NCBI RefSeq assembly: GCF_963921235.1
Contig: NC_086097.1
Location: 63,552,001-63,616,000 of the forward strand
From: Mobula hypostoma
Lineage: Eukaryota
Length of the DNA: 64,000 nt
Direction of reading: 5' to 3'
The notes beneath the pieces are model-generated. The model made no database searches. It had not been told where the DNA came from and saw nothing but the letters and a program-made list of their open reading frames with translations. The number at the start of each line of letters is the position of its first letter. Position 1 is the first letter of the stretch. The position numbers and the translations under genes are program-made. Of the stretch, positions 1 to 13,000 are shown one piece after another.

Positions 1-1058
1 CAGCATATCTTTTCTAAGATGAGGGGTCCAAAACTGTTCACAATACTCAAGGTGAGGCCTCACCAGTGCCTTATAAAGCCTCAGCATCACATCCTTGCTC
101 TTGTATTCTAGATCTCTTGAAATGAATGCTAACATGGCATTTGCATTCCTCACCACCAACTCAACCTGCAAGTTAACATTCAGGGTGTTCTGCATAAAGA
201 CACCCTTCGCATTTCAGATTTTTTTCCCCATTTGGATTTTCTCCCCATTTGGAAAATAGTCTGCACATTTATTTCTACAACCAAAGTGTATACCCATGCA
301 TTTTCCTACATTGTATTTCATTTGCCACTCTCTTGCCCATTCTCCTAATCTGTATCCTACTGTATCCTACCTGCTTCCTCAACACTACCTGCTCCTCCAT
401 CAACCTTCGTATCATCTGCAACTTGACAACAAAGCCATCTATTCCAGAATCTAAATCATTTATATACAGCATACAAAGAAATGGTCCCTACACTGACCCT
501 TGCAGAACACCACTAGTCACTGGCTGCCAACCAGAAGAGGATCCTTTTATTCCCGCTCACCGCCTCCTACCAATCAGCCAATGCTCTAACCACGTTAGTA
601 ACTTTCCTGTAATACCATGAGCTCTTAAGTTGGTAAGCAGCCTCATGTGTGGCACGTTGTCAAAGGGCTTCTGAAAGTCCAAATTTACAACATCCACTGC
701 ATCCCCTTTATCTATCCTGCTTGTAATCTCCTCAAAGAATTCCAACAGGTTCCTCAGGCAGTATTTTCCCTGAAGGAAACCATGCTGACTTTGTACTATC
801 TTTTCCTGTGTCACCAAGTACTCCATCACGTCATCCTTAACAATTGACTCCAGCATCTTCCCAACCACTGAGGTTAGGCTTACTGGTCTACAATTTACTT
901 TTGCTGCCTTTCTTAAAAAGTGGAGTGACATTTGCAATTTTCCAGTCCTCTGGCACCATGCCGGAGTCCAGTGATTTTTGAAAGATCATTTCTCATGCCA
1001 TCACAATCTCTAATGCTACCTCTTTCAGAACCCTATGGTGCAGTTCATCTGGTCCAAG
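1..1058 (-). mobile_element. CR1-clade LINE, reverse-transcriptase fragment (decayed, runs off window start)
   Basis: Minus-strand ORFs 557-937 (RPVSLTSVVGKMLESIVKD...QHGF...CLRNLLEFFEEIT...LDFQKPFDNVPH) and 275-472 (LYINDLDSGIDGFVVK) are CR1 RT motifs, broken by frameshifts. Similar to the CR1 at 54834-57680. Confidence 0.93.
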
Positions 1059-1286
1059 TTCATTCGTTCAAATTGAGGTTTCTTTAATCAGAACATCACA
1101 ACATTCCTGTTTGGTTGAATCCCAAAGCATACCGTCCCTGGATGTATATTGTTTCTCACCATTGAGTCACGTGGCTGTTAGCAGAGGTAGTTAACGAGTC
1201 ATGTTTTCATATGAGCCCAGTGAGAGGGTTACTACTTTGTGGGTGTTTAAACTAGTGTCAGGGAAAGTGATTAAAGTATTTTATTA

Positions 1287-2948
1287 TGGATGCTGCAGGG
1301 ATTAAGTTTGGTGTGATTCAAAGAGATGCTCCACAAATAATGCTCGTGTTCTGAGCATGGAGGATATCTGAAGCCTTCGTGCCCTGCTAATTAGAGTGCT
1401 GAGCTCTGCAAAAGTGTTTGAAGAAATTACACCGATTAAACATGACTGAAGTCATACTGTCCAATACGTTAGGAGACCCTGGAAGGGTGGGGCCGTGGGC
1501 AGTCCATACTTTTAGAGAAGAGGGGAAGGTAGCTGAGGGTGAAGACTTTAAAGACAAGTCGTTCTTATTTCTGCAAAGTGCCAGAAAAGAGTTGTCTGAT
1601 GTGGAAGGTCCAATGGGTCCTTCAGCAGTTGATTTAAAATCTGAGCTGGTTTCGTGTGTACCTGAAGAAAGCCAAAGTTGTCGTAGGCTGGGAATGTTCC
1701 CCAGAGTCAAGCCCTGGCCCAATGGGGAAGAAGAATTTGAGGCTTGGGCTGAGCAGACATCTCAGGTACTCGATAAATAGTAGTGCTCAGATACTATGAA
1801 GAAAGCAGAGACAAGCAGAGTTTAAAGGGTCCAATGGCTCATATAAGGCAGAAAACCCATTAGCCATGTCAGCTTATTACCAGCAAGCTCTGGAGGATGC
1901 TCTTGGCACTGCTGAAAGAGTAGCCGATCTTAGGATGAAGTTTAGGCACACATTCCAGGAGGAAGGAAAGAAGCTGTCTGCCTACCTTTTCAGGTTGGAG
2001 AAACTGCTGCATTGTTTGTGTTGCAAAGGGGGCATTCAACCGTCTGAGAGAAATTGCTTGAGGATGGAGCAAGTTGTGAAGGGCACGCTGTCACATGACA
2101 TGATGGTTGTACATATTCAAATGATGTCCCCCTTCTCCATCTTTTGCGAGTTGCTCAGGGAAGTGGAGAGGAGGAAACCATGACTGAGTCCAAAACCCAA
2201 GTGATGTCTTCAGCAGTAGCTTCTGCTGCTAAAGTGACTCCTGATGCCACAGAGATAGCGCTTTTGAGGAATGAGGTAGAAAACCTTTGAGCTGAGCTGA
2301 TTCGAAGGATGTCTGCTAACGTTTCCGCTAAACATGATACATCCATTGGGAAACCCAACCCTCCTGCAGGATTTACAACATAGAGGACTGCTGCTGAAAA
2401 GGGGCTCTTGACTAGAGAGGCCACCAGTATTTTCTTTACTCTGTGGAGAAGATGGACACCTCAAGTGAGACTGTGAGGGGCAGGAAAATCTTCAAAAAGT
2501 TAGTTAGTAGTTAACCAAACTTGGAAGGAAAGAAGCAAAACTACAGAGGGACCCAGTAAAGAAATGGCCTAGCACCTGGGAAAGAGTATGTTCCAATCAG
2601 TGTATCGATGGAAATACTAAAGTGCAAAATGCTATTCCTGAAGGTTTAACAGGACTAAGCTCTGATGAATCCATATGGATTGAAGGTGCTTATGCTAGAG
2701 CCATGCTTGACACAGATCCTCAAGTCACGTGGTTTAATAGATCCTTTTACAACTGGTATTTGACACATTTACTATTGATGCCGCTCTGTGCCCTTGAGAT
2801 TCGGGGACTTGGTAGTGATGAGCACCCTTCAGGTGGTTACTTGTCATTGAAACTGGAGTTTTCAGAAGCAGATGTTGGAGTAACTGAGACTATTGACACA
2901 CCAGTGTTGGTCTGCCTGAATCCAGTTGAAAAGTGCGAAGCCCATTGA
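1287..2948 (+). mobile_element. Decayed Ty3/Gypsy gag (PNMA-like) with zinc knuckle and aspartic protease remnant
   Basis: ATG at 1287 (MDAAGIK..). ORF 1418-1780 ends RRLGMFPRVKPWPNGEEEFEAWAEQTSQVL and ORF 1866-2183 has FRHTFQEEGKKLSAYLFRLEKLL (PNMA/gag capsid-like). Degenerate CGEDGHLK*DC knuckle at ~2440-2475; protease-like ARAMLDTDPQVT in 2622-2948. Stops and frameshifts; no LTR recognised. Confidence 0.85.
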
Positions 2949-3373
2949 GAGGTTTATATACATCATTTACTGCATTTATTCACTGACTGCAATTTCATGA
3001 GTGACGAGCACCAGCCACTGCATCTAGTAAAGGGGAACTGTTCATTGCCTCCAACCAGTGCTGAAAGTTATTTCAAAACTTTGGAACCTTGCTGGAAACC
3101 TTGTCAAATAGGGCAGAGGGTAAATACATTTGTTTTGGGAATAAGGGAGAGGAGAAAGTCTTGATACCCAGGATTCGGTAGAGGATCCAGCTCTATTGAC
3201 AAACACCATTATGATAATCCATTATAAATCCGGAGCAACTAGTATAGTCTTCCAATAACATAATTGTCCATCTCTCTCAATCATCAGGTTCCCTGAGAGC
3301 ATGAATCCTCTCCATTACGACTCAATGGTCCCATTGTAGCAAGACCCTGACCCTTGACCCTCAGTCTTTATTT

Positions 3374-3690
3374 AGAGTCATAGAAAAGTACAGCACAGAA
3401 ACAGGCCTTTTGGCCCATCTAGTCTGTGCCAAACCATTTAAACAGCCTACTCCCATCGACCTGCACTGGGACCATAGCCCCCTGACACATATGGCTACCA
3501 TCCAAGTACCTATCCAAACGTCCCTTAAGCATTGAATTTGAGCTCACATGTACCACCTGCGCTGACAGCTCATCCCACACTCTCACAACCCTCTGAGTGA
3601 AGAAGCTTCCCCTCATGGTCTCCTTAAACTTTTCACCTTTATCTCTTAACTCATGACCTCTAGTTGAAGTCCCACCCAACCACAGGGGCC
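3374..3690 (-). mobile_element. CR1 LINE 3' end (RT C-terminus and 3' UTR)
   Basis: Minus ORF 3419-3778 contains TRGHELRDKGEKFKETMRGSFFTQRVVRVWDEL, the CR1 C-terminal motif. Typical 3' tail 'agagtcatagaaaagtacagcacagaaacaggcc' on the plus strand. Confidence 0.85.
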
Positions 3691-3914
3691 ATCTACTCAT
3701 CTGTTGCCCTGTGATCCATCCTATTCCTACCGCCACAGCAAATCTCCAACCCAGATTTTGCCTGCAATTTTCAGCCACTTATCTAATTGTCCCCCTTCTC
3801 TGCCCCAATTATTCATTCAGACCATGCTCCTTTCCCTCCTTCTAAAGAGATTTGGCAGATCATCTTACAGTGAGTAGAACCAGCCAGTACAACACTCCGA
3901 CCATCAAAGAACTA

Positions 3915-4073
3915 ATATGTCTCAGGAAGGCAACATCCACCACCAGGACACCCCACCACCATGGCCATGCTTCTTCCTGATGCTGTCACCAGGCAAAGGT
4001 ACAGGAGCCTGAAGACCCACAGCCTCAGCATTTAGAACAGCTCCTTCCCCACTGCATCAGGTTCTGGAACTGA
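3915..4073 (+). mobile_element. Rex1/Babar-type LINE RT C-terminal fragment
   Basis: With frameshifts, encodes RKATST...HHHGHA...[25 protein letters not shown]/..RFWN*, resembling the Rex1 C-terminus (HPGHALFSLLPSGRRYRS..FFP.AIRLLN*). The stop TGA at 4071-4073 abuts the C/T tract. Confidence 0.7.
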
Positions 4074-7000
4074 CCCTCTCCCCCTCCCCCTCCCCCTCCT
4101 CCTCTCTCCCCTCCCCCTCCTCCTCTCTCCCCTCCCCCTCTCTCCCCCTCCCCCTCCCCCTCCCCCTCCTCCTCTCTCCCTCCCTCTCCCCCCCTCCCCC
4201 TCTCTCTCCCCCCCTCCCCCTCTCCCTCCTCTCCCCCTCTCCCCCTCTCCCCCTCTCCCTCCCCCTCTCCCTTCTCCCCCTCTCCCTTCTCCCCTCTCCC
4301 CTCTCCCCCTCTCCCTCCCCCTCTCCCTTCTCCCCCTCTCCCTTCTCCCCCTCTCCCTTCTCACCTCTCCCCTCTCCCCCTCTCTCCTCTCCCCCTCCCC
4401 CTCTCCCCTCTCCCCCTCCCACTCTCCCCTCTCCACCTCTCCCCTCTCCCCTCTCCCCCTCTCCCCTCTCCCCTCTCCCCTCTCCCCCCTCCCCTCTCCC
4501 CCTCTCCCTCTCCCCCTCTCCCCATCTTTCCCTCCCACTCTCCCCCTCTCCCCCCTCCCCCTCTCCCCCTCCCCCTTCCCCTACCCCTCTTTGCCTCCTC
4601 CCCCCTCCCTCCTCACCCCTCTCCTCCCCCCTCTCTCCCTCTCTCCCTCTCCCCCTCTCTCCCTCTCCCCCTCTCCCCCTCTCCCCTCTCCCCCTCTCCC
4701 CTCTCCCCCTCTCCCCCTCTCTCCCTCTCTCCCTCTCTCCCTCTCCCCCTCTCCCCCTCTCTCCCTCTCTCCCTCTCTCCCTCTCCCCCTCTCCCCCTCT
4801 CCCCCTCTCCCTCTCCCCCTCTCCCCCTCTCCCCTCTCCCCCCTCTCCCCCTCTCTCCCTCTCTCCCTCTCCCCCTCTCCCCCTCTCCCCTCTCCCCCTC
4901 TCCCCCTCTCCCCCTCTCCCCCTCTCTCCCTCTCCCCCTCTCCCCTCTCCCCCTCTCTCCCTCTCCCCCTCTCCCCCTCTCCCCCTCTCCCCCTCTCCCC
5001 CTCTCTCCCTCTCCCCCTCTCCCCCTCTCCCCCTCTCCCCCTCTCCCCCTCTCCCCCTCTCTCCCTCTCCCCCCTCCCCCTCTCCCCCTCCCCCTTCCCC
5101 TACCCCTCTTTGCCTCCTCCCCCCCTCCCTCCTCACCCCTCTCCTCCCCCCTCTCTCCCTCTCCCCCTCTCCCCCTCTCTCCCTCTCCCCATCTCCCCTC
5201 TCCCCCTCTCCCCCTCTCCCCCTCTCTCCCCCTCTCCCCTCTCCCTCTCTCCCTCTCCCCTCTCCCCCTCTCCCCCTCTCTCCCTCTCTCCCTCTCTCCC
5301 TCTCTCCCCTCTCCCTCTCTCCCCCTCTCCCCTCTCCCCCCTCTCCCCCTCTCCCCTCTCCCCCTCTCCCCCTCTCCCCCTCTCTCCCTCTCTCCCTCTC
5401 TCCCTCTCCCCCTCTCCCCCTCTCTCCCTCTCTCCCTCTCTCCCTCTCTCCCTCTCCCCCTCTCCCCCTCTCCCCCTCTCTCCCTCTCTCCCTCTCTCCC
5501 TCTCCCCCTCTCCCCCTCTCTCCCTCTCTCCCTCTCTCCCTCTCTCCCTCTCCCCCTCTCCCCCTCTCCCCCTCTCCCCCTCTCTCCCTCTCCCCCTCTC
5601 CCCTCTCCCCTCTCCCCCTCCCCCTCTCCCCCTCCCCCTCTCCCCCTCTCCCCCTCTCCCCCTCTCTCCCTCTCCCCCTCTCCCCCTCTCCCCCTCTCCC
5701 CTCTCCCCCTCTCCCCCTCTCCCCCTCTCCCCCTCTCCCCCTCTCCCCCTCTCCCCCTCCCCCTCTCCCCCTCTCCCCCCTCTCCCTCTCTCCCTCTCCC
5801 CTCTCCCCCTCTCCCTCTCCCCCTCTCCCCCTCTCCCCCTCTCTCCCTCTCCCCCTCTCCCCCTCTCCCCCTCTCCCCCTCCCCCTTCCCCTACCCCTCT
5901 TTGCCTCCTCCCCCCCTCCCTCCTCACCACTCTCCTCCCCCCTCTCTCCCTCTCTCCCCTCTCCCCCTCTCTCCCTCTCCCCCTCTCTCCCTCTCCCCCT
6001 CTCCCCCTCTCCCCCTCTCCCCCTCTCCCCCTCTCCCCCTCTCTCCCCCTCTCCCCCTCTCTCCCCCTCTCCCCCTCTCCCCCTCTCCCCCTCTCCCCCT
6101 CTCCCCCTCTCCCCCTCTCTCCCTCTCCCCCTCTCCCCCTCTCCCCCTCTCTCCCTCTCCCCCTCTCCCCCTCTCCCCCTCTCCCCCTCTCCCCCTCTCC
6201 CCCTCTCCCCCTCTCCCCCTCTCTCCCTCTCCCCCTCTCCCCCTCCCCCCTCTCCCCCTCTCCCCTCTCCCCCTCTCCCCCTCTCCCCCTCTCCCCCTCT
6301 CCCCCTCTCCCCCTCTCCCCTCTCCCCCTCTCCCCCTCTCCCCCTCTCCCCCTCTCTCCCTCTCCCCCTCTCCCCCTCTCCCCCTCTCCCCTCTCCCCCC
6401 TCTCCCCCTCTCCCCCTCTCCCCCTCTCCCCCTCTCCCCCTCTCTCCCTCTCCCCCTCTCCCCCTCTCCCCCTCTCCCCCTCTCTCCCTCTCCCCCTCTC
6501 CCCCTCTCTCCCTCTCTCCCTCTCCCCCTCTCCCCCTCTCTCCCTCTCCCCCTCTCCCCCTCTCTCCCTCTCTCCCTCTCTCCCCCTCTCCCTCTCTCCC
6601 CCTCTCCCCCTCTCTCCCTCTCCCCCTCTCCCCTCTCCCCCTCTCCCCCTCTCTCCCTCTCTCCCCTCTCTCCCCTCTCTCTCCCCTCTCCCCCTCTCCC
6701 CCTCTCCCCCTCTCTCCCTCTCCCCCTCTCCCCCTCTCTCCCTCTCCCCTCTCCCCCTCTCCCTCTCCCCTCTCCCCCTCTCTCCCTCTCCCCCTCTCCC
6801 CTCTCCCCCTCTCCCCCTCTCTCCCTCTCTCCCTCTCCCCCCTCTCCCCCTCTCCCCCTCTCCCCCTCTCCCCCTCTCCCCCTCTCTCCCTCTCCCCCTC
6901 TCCCCCTCTCTCCCTCTCCCCTCTCCCCCTCTCCCTCTCCCCTCTCCCCCTCTCTCCCTCTCCCCCTCTCCCCCTCTCCCTCTCTCCCTCTCCCCCTCTC

Positions 7001-10000
7001 TCCCTCTCCCCCTCTCCCCCTCTCCCCCTCTCCCCCTCTCTCCCTCTCCCCCTCTCCCCCTCTCCCCCTCTCCCCCTCTCTCCCTCTCTCCCTCTCCCCC
7101 TCTCTCCCTCTCTCCCTCTCCCCTCTCCCCCTCTCCCCCTCTCCCCCTCTCCCCCTCTCTCCCTCTCCCCTCTCCCCCTCTCCCCCTCTCCCCCTCTCCC
7201 CCTCTCCCCTCTCCCCCCTCTCCCCCTCTCCCCTCTCCCCTCTCCCCCTCTCTCCCTCTCCCCCTCTCCCCCTCTCCCCCTCTCCCCCTCTCTCCCTCTC
7301 CCCCTCTCCCCCTCTCCCCCTCTCCCCCTCTCCCCCTCTCCCCCTCTCTCCCTCTCCCCCTCTCCCCCTCTCTCCCTCTCCCCTCTCTCCCTCTCCCCTC
7401 TCCCCCTCTCCCCCTCTCCCCCTCTCTCCCTCTCTCCCCCTCTCCCCCTCTCCCCCTCTCCCCCTCTCCCCCTCTCTCCCTCTCTCTCCCCCTCTCCCCC
7501 TCTCCCCCTCTCCCCCTCTCTCCCTCTCCCCCTCTCCCCCTCTCTCCCTCTCCCCTCTCCCCCTCTCCCCCTCTCCCCCTCTCTCCCTCTCCCCCTCCCC
7601 CTCTCCCCCTCTCCCCCTCTCTCCCTCTCCCCTCTCCCCCTCTCCCCCTCTCCCCCTCTCCCCCTCTCTCCCTCTCTCCCCTCTCCCCCTCTCCCCCTCT
7701 CCCCTCTCCCCCTCTCCCCCTCTCTCCCTCTCCCCCTCTCCCCCTCTCTCCCTCTCCCCCTCTCTCCCTCTCCCCCTCTCCCCCTCTCCCCCTCTCTCCC
7801 TCTCTCCCTCTCTCCCTCTCCCCCTCTCTCCCTCTCCCCCTCTCCCCCTCTCCCCCTCTCCCCTCTCCCCCTCTCCCCCTCTCCCCCTCTCCCCCTCTCT
7901 CCCTCTCCCCCTCTCCCCCTCTCTCCCTCTCTCCCTCTCCCCTCTCCCCCTCTCTCCCCTCTCCCCCTCTCCCCTCTCCCCCCTCCCTCCCCCTCTCCCC
8001 TCTCTCCCTCTCCCCCTCTCCCCCTCTCCCCCTCTCCCTCTCCCCCTCTCCCCTCTCCCCTCTCCCCCTCTCCTCCCCTCTCCCCTCTCTCCCCCTCTCC
8101 CCCTCTCCCCCTCTCCCCTCTCCCCCTCTCCCCCTCTCTCCCTCTCCCCCTCTCCCCCTCTCCCCCTCTCCCCCTCTCCCCCTCTCCCCTCTCCCCCTCT
8201 CCCCCTCTCTCCCTCTCCCCTCTCCCCCTCTCCCTCTCCCCCTCTCCCCCTCTCTCCCTCTCCCCTCTCCCCCTCTCCCTCTCCCCTCTCCCCCTCTCTC
8301 CCTCTCCCCCTCTCCCCTCTCCCCCTCTCCCCCTCTCCCCCTCTCCCCCTCTCCCCCTCTCCCCCTCTCCCCCTCTCCCCCTCTCTCCCTCTCCCCTCTC
8401 CCCTCTCCCCCTCTCTCCCTCTCCCCCTCTCTCCCTCTCCCCCTCTCCCTCTCCCCCTCTCCCCCTCTCTCCCTCTCCCCTCTCCCCCTCTCTCCCTCTC
8501 CCCCTCTCTCCCTCTCTCCCTCTCCCCCCCTCTCCCTCTCTCCCTCTCTCCCTCTCCCTCTCTCTCCCTCTCTCCCTCTCTCCCTCTCTCCCTCTCTCCC
8601 TCTCCCCCTCTCTCCCTCTCCCTCTCTCCCTCTCCCCCTCTCCCCCTCTCTCCCTCTCTCCCTCTCCCCCTCTCTCCCTCTCCCCCTCTCCCCTCTCCCC
8701 CTCTCCCCCTCCCCCTCTCCCCCTCTCTCCCTCTCCCCCTCTCCCCTCTCCCCCTCTCCCTCTCCCCTCTCCCCCTCTCCCTCTCCCCTCTCCCCCTCTC
8801 TCCCTCTCCCCCTCTCTCCCTCTCCCCCTCCCCCCCTCCCCCCCTCTCCCCCTCTCCCCCTCTCTCCCTCTCCCTCTCCCCCTCTCCCTCTCCCCCTCTC
8901 CCCCTCTCTCCCTCTCCCCTCTCCCCCTCTCCCTCTCCCCTCTCCCCCTCTCTCCCTCTCCCCCTCTCCCCTCTCCCCCTCTCCCCCTCTCCCCCTCTCC
9001 CCCTCTCCCCCTCTCTCCCTCTCCCCCTCTCCCCCTCTCTCCCTCTCCCCTCTCCCCTCTCCCCCTCTCTCCCTCTCCCCCTCTCTCCCTCTCCCCCTCT
9101 CCCTCTCCCCCTCTCCCCCTCTCTCCCTCTCCCCTCTCCCCCTCTCTCCCTCTCCCCCTCTCCCCTCTCCCCCTCTCCCCCTCCCCCCTCTCCCCCTCTC
9201 TCCCTCTCCCCCTCCCCCCTCTCCCCCTCTCTCCCTCTCCCCTCTCCCCCTCTCCCTCTCCCCTCTCCCCCTCTCTCCCTCTCCCCCTCTCTCCCTCTCC
9301 CCCTCTCCCCCCTCCCCCTCTCCCCCCCTCTCCCTCTCTCCCCCTCTCTCCCTCTCTCCCTCTCCCCCTCTCCCCCTCTCCCCCTCTCTCCCTCTCCCCC
9401 TCTCCCCCTCTCCCCCTCTCCCCCTCTCCCTCTCCCCCCTCTCCCCCCTCTCCCCCTCTCCCCTCTCCCCCCTCTCCCCCTCTCCCCCTCTCCCCCTCTC
9501 CCCCTCTCTCCCTCTCCCCCTCTCCCCCTCTCTCCCTCTCCCCTCTCCCCCTCTCCCCCTCTCTCCCTCTCCCCCTCTCTCCCTCTCCCCCTCTCCCTCT
9601 CCCCTCTCCCCCTCTCCCTCTCCCCTCTCCCCCTCTCTCCCTCTCCCCCTCTCTCCCTCTCCCCCTCGCCCCCTCCCCCCCTCTCCCTCTCCCCCTCTCC
9701 CCCTCTCCCCCTCTCCCCCTCTCCCCCTCTCCCCCTCGCCCTCTCTCCCCCTCTCCCCCTCTCCCCCTCTCCCCCTCTCCCCCTCTCTCCCTCTCCCCCT
9801 CTCTCCCTCTCTCCCTCTCCCCCTCTCTCCCTCTCCCCCTCTCTCCCTCTCTCCCTCTCCCCCTCTCTCCCTCTCCCCCTCTCCCCCTCTCCCCCTCTCC
9901 CCCTCCCCCTCTCCCCCCTCTCCCCCTCTCCCCCTCTCCCCCTCTCCCCCTCTCCCTCTCCCCCTCTCCCCCTCTCTCCCTCTCCCCTCTCCCCCTCTCC

Positions 10001-13000
10001 CCTCTCCCCCTCTCCCCCTCCCCCTCTCCCCCTCTCCCCCTCTCCCCCTCTCCCCCTCTCCCCCTCTCCCCCTCTCCCTCTCCCCCTCTCCCCCTCTCTC
10101 CCTCTCCCCTCTCCCCCTCTCCCTCTCCCCCTCTCCCCCTCTCTCCCTCTCCCCCTCTCCCTCTCCCTCTCCCCCCTCTCCCCCTCTCCCCCTCTCTCCC
10201 TCTCTCCCTCTCCCCTCTCCCCCCTCTCCCCCTCTCTCCCTCTCCCCCTCTCCCCCTCTCTCCCACTCCCCCTCTCCCCCTCTCCCCCTCTCCCCCTCTC
10301 CCCCTCTCCCCCTCTCCCCCTCCCCCTCTCCCCCTCTCCCCCTCTCTCCCTCTCTCCCTCTCTCCCTCTCCCCTCTCCCCCCTCTCCCCCTCTCTCCCTC
10401 TCCCCCTCTCCCCCTCTCTCCCTCTCCCCCCTCCCCCTCTCCCCCTCCCCCTTCCCCTACCCCTCTTTGCCTCCTCCCCCCCTCCCTCCTCACCCCTCTC
10501 CTCCCCCCTCTCCCCCTCTCTCCCTCTCCCCCTCTCCCCTCTCCCCCTCTCCCCCTCTCTCCCTCTCTGCCTCTCTCCCTCTCTCCCTCTCCCCCTCTCC
10601 CCCTCTCCCCCTCTCCCCTCTCCCCCCTCTCCCCCTCTCCCCCTCTCCCCCTCTCCCCTCTCCCCCTCTCTCCCTCTCTCCCTCTCCCCCTCTCCCTCTC
10701 CCCTCTCCCCCCTCTCCCCCTCTCCCCCTCTCCCCCTCTCCCCCTCTCTCCCTCTCCCCTCTCCCCCTCTCCCCCTCTCCCCCTCTCCCCCTCTCCCCCT
10801 CTCTCCCTCTCCCCCCTCCCCCTCTCCCCCTCCCCCTCTCCCCTCTCTCCCCCTCCCCCTCTCCCCTCTCCCCCTCTCCCCCTCTCCCCCTCTCCCCCTC
10901 TCCCCCTCTCCCCCTCTCTCCCTCTCCCCCCTCCCCCTCTCCCCCTCTCTCCCTCTCCCCCTCTCTCCCTCTCCCCCTCTCCCCTCTCCCCCTCCCCCTC
11001 TCCCCCTCTCTCCCTCTCCCCCTCCCCCTCTCTCCCCCTCCCCCTCTCCCCCTCTCCCCCTCTCCCCTCTCCCCTCTCCCCCTCCCCCTCTCCCCCTCTC
11101 TCCCTCTCCCCCTCTCCCTCTCCCCTCTCCCCCTCTCTCCCTCTCCCCCTCTCCCCCTCTCCCTCTCTCCCTCTCCCCCCCTCCCCCTCTCCCCCTCTCT
11201 CCCTCTCCCCCTCCCCCTCTCCCCCTCTCCCTCTCCCCCTCTCCCCTCTCCCCCTCCCCCTCTCCCCCTCTCTCCCTCTCCCCCTCTCCCTCTCCCCTCT
11301 CTCCCCTCTCCCCCTCCCCCTCTCCCCCTCTCTCCCTCTCCCCCTCTCCCTCTCCCCTCTCTCCCTCTCTCCCTCTCCCCCTCTCCCCCTCTCCCTCTCC
11401 CCCTCTCCCCCTCTCCCACTCTCCCCCTCTCTCCCTCTCCCCCTCTCCCCCTCTCTCCCTCTCCCTCTCCCCCTCTCCCCCTCTCTCCCTCTCCCCCTCT
11501 CCCCCTCTCCCCCTCTCCCCCTCTCCCCCTCTCCCCCTCTCTCCCTCCCCCTCTCCCCCTCTCCCCCTCTCCCCCTCTCCCCCTCTCTCCCTCTCCCCTC
11601 TCCCCCTCTCTCCCTCTCCCCCTCTCCCTCTCCCCTCTCCCCCTCTCTCCCTCTCCCCCTCTCCCCCTCTCTCCCTCTCCCCCTCTCCCCCTCTCCCCCT
11701 CTCCCCCTCTCCCCCTCTCCCCCTCTCCCCCTCTCCCCCTCCCCCTCTCCCCCTCTCCCCCTCTCTCCCTCTCTCCCTCTCTCCCTCTCCCCTCTCCCCC
11801 CTCTCCCCCTCTCTCCCTCTCCCCCTCTCCCCCTCTCTCCCTCTCCCCCCTCCCCCTCTCCCCCTCCCCCTTCCCCTACCCCTCTTTGCCTCCTCCCCCC
11901 CTCCCTCCTCACCCCTCTCCTCCCCCCTCTCCCCCTCTCTCCCTCTCCCCCTCTCCCCTCTCCCCCTCTCCCCCTCTCTCCCTCTCTGCCTCTCTCCCTC
12001 TCTCCCTCTCCCCCTCTCCCCCTCTCCCCCTCTCCCCTCTCCCCCCTCTCCCCCTCTCCCCCTCTCCCCCTCTCCCCCTCTCCCCCTCTCCCCCTCTCCC
12101 CTCTCCCCCTCTCCCCCTCTCTCCCTCTCCCCCTCTCCCCCTCTCCCCCTCTCCCCCTCTCCCCCTCTCCCCCTCTCCCCTCTCCCCCTCTCTCCCTCTC
12201 TCCCTCTCCCCCTCTCCCTCTCCCCTCTCCCCCCTCTCCCCCTCTCCCCCTCTCCCCCTCTCCCCCTCTCCCCTCTCCCCCTCTCTCCTCTCCCCTCTCC
12301 CCCTCTCCCCCTCTCCCCCTCTCCCCCTCTCCCCCTCCCCCTCTCCCCCTCTCCCCCTCTCCCCCTCTCCCCCTCTCCCCCTCTCCCCTCTCCCTCTCCC
12401 CCTCTCCCCCTCTCTCCCTCTCCCCTCTCCCCCTCTCCCTCTCCCCCTCTCCCCCTCTCTCCCTCTCCCCCTCTCCCTCTCCCCTCTCCCCCCTCTCCCC
12501 CTCTCCCCCCCTCTCCCTCTCCCCCTCTCCCCCTCTCTCCCTCTCCCCCTCTCCCTCTCCCCTCTCCCCCCTCTCCCCCTCTCCCCCTCTCTCCCTCTCC
12601 CCTCTCCCCCTCTCCCCCTCTCCCCCTCTCCCCTCTCCCCCTCTCCCCCTCTCCCCCTCTCCCCCTCTCCCCCTCTCTCCCTCTCCCCACTCCCCCTCTC
12701 CCCCTCCCCCTCTCCCCCTCTCTCCCCCTCCCCCTCTCCCCCTCTCCCCCTCTCCCCCTCTCCCCCTCTCCCCCTCTCCCCTCTCTCTCTCCCTCTCCCC
12801 ACTCCCCCTCTCCCCCTCCCCCTCTCCCCCTCTCTCCCCCTCCCCCTCTCCCCCTCTCCCCCTCTCCCCCTCTCTCCCTCTCCCCTCTCCCCCTCTCCCC
12901 CTCTCCCCCTCTCCCCTCTCCCCCTCTCCCCCTCTCCCCCTCTCCCCCTCTCCCCCTCTCTCCCTCTCCCCACTCCCCCCTCTCCCCCTCTCTCCCCCTC

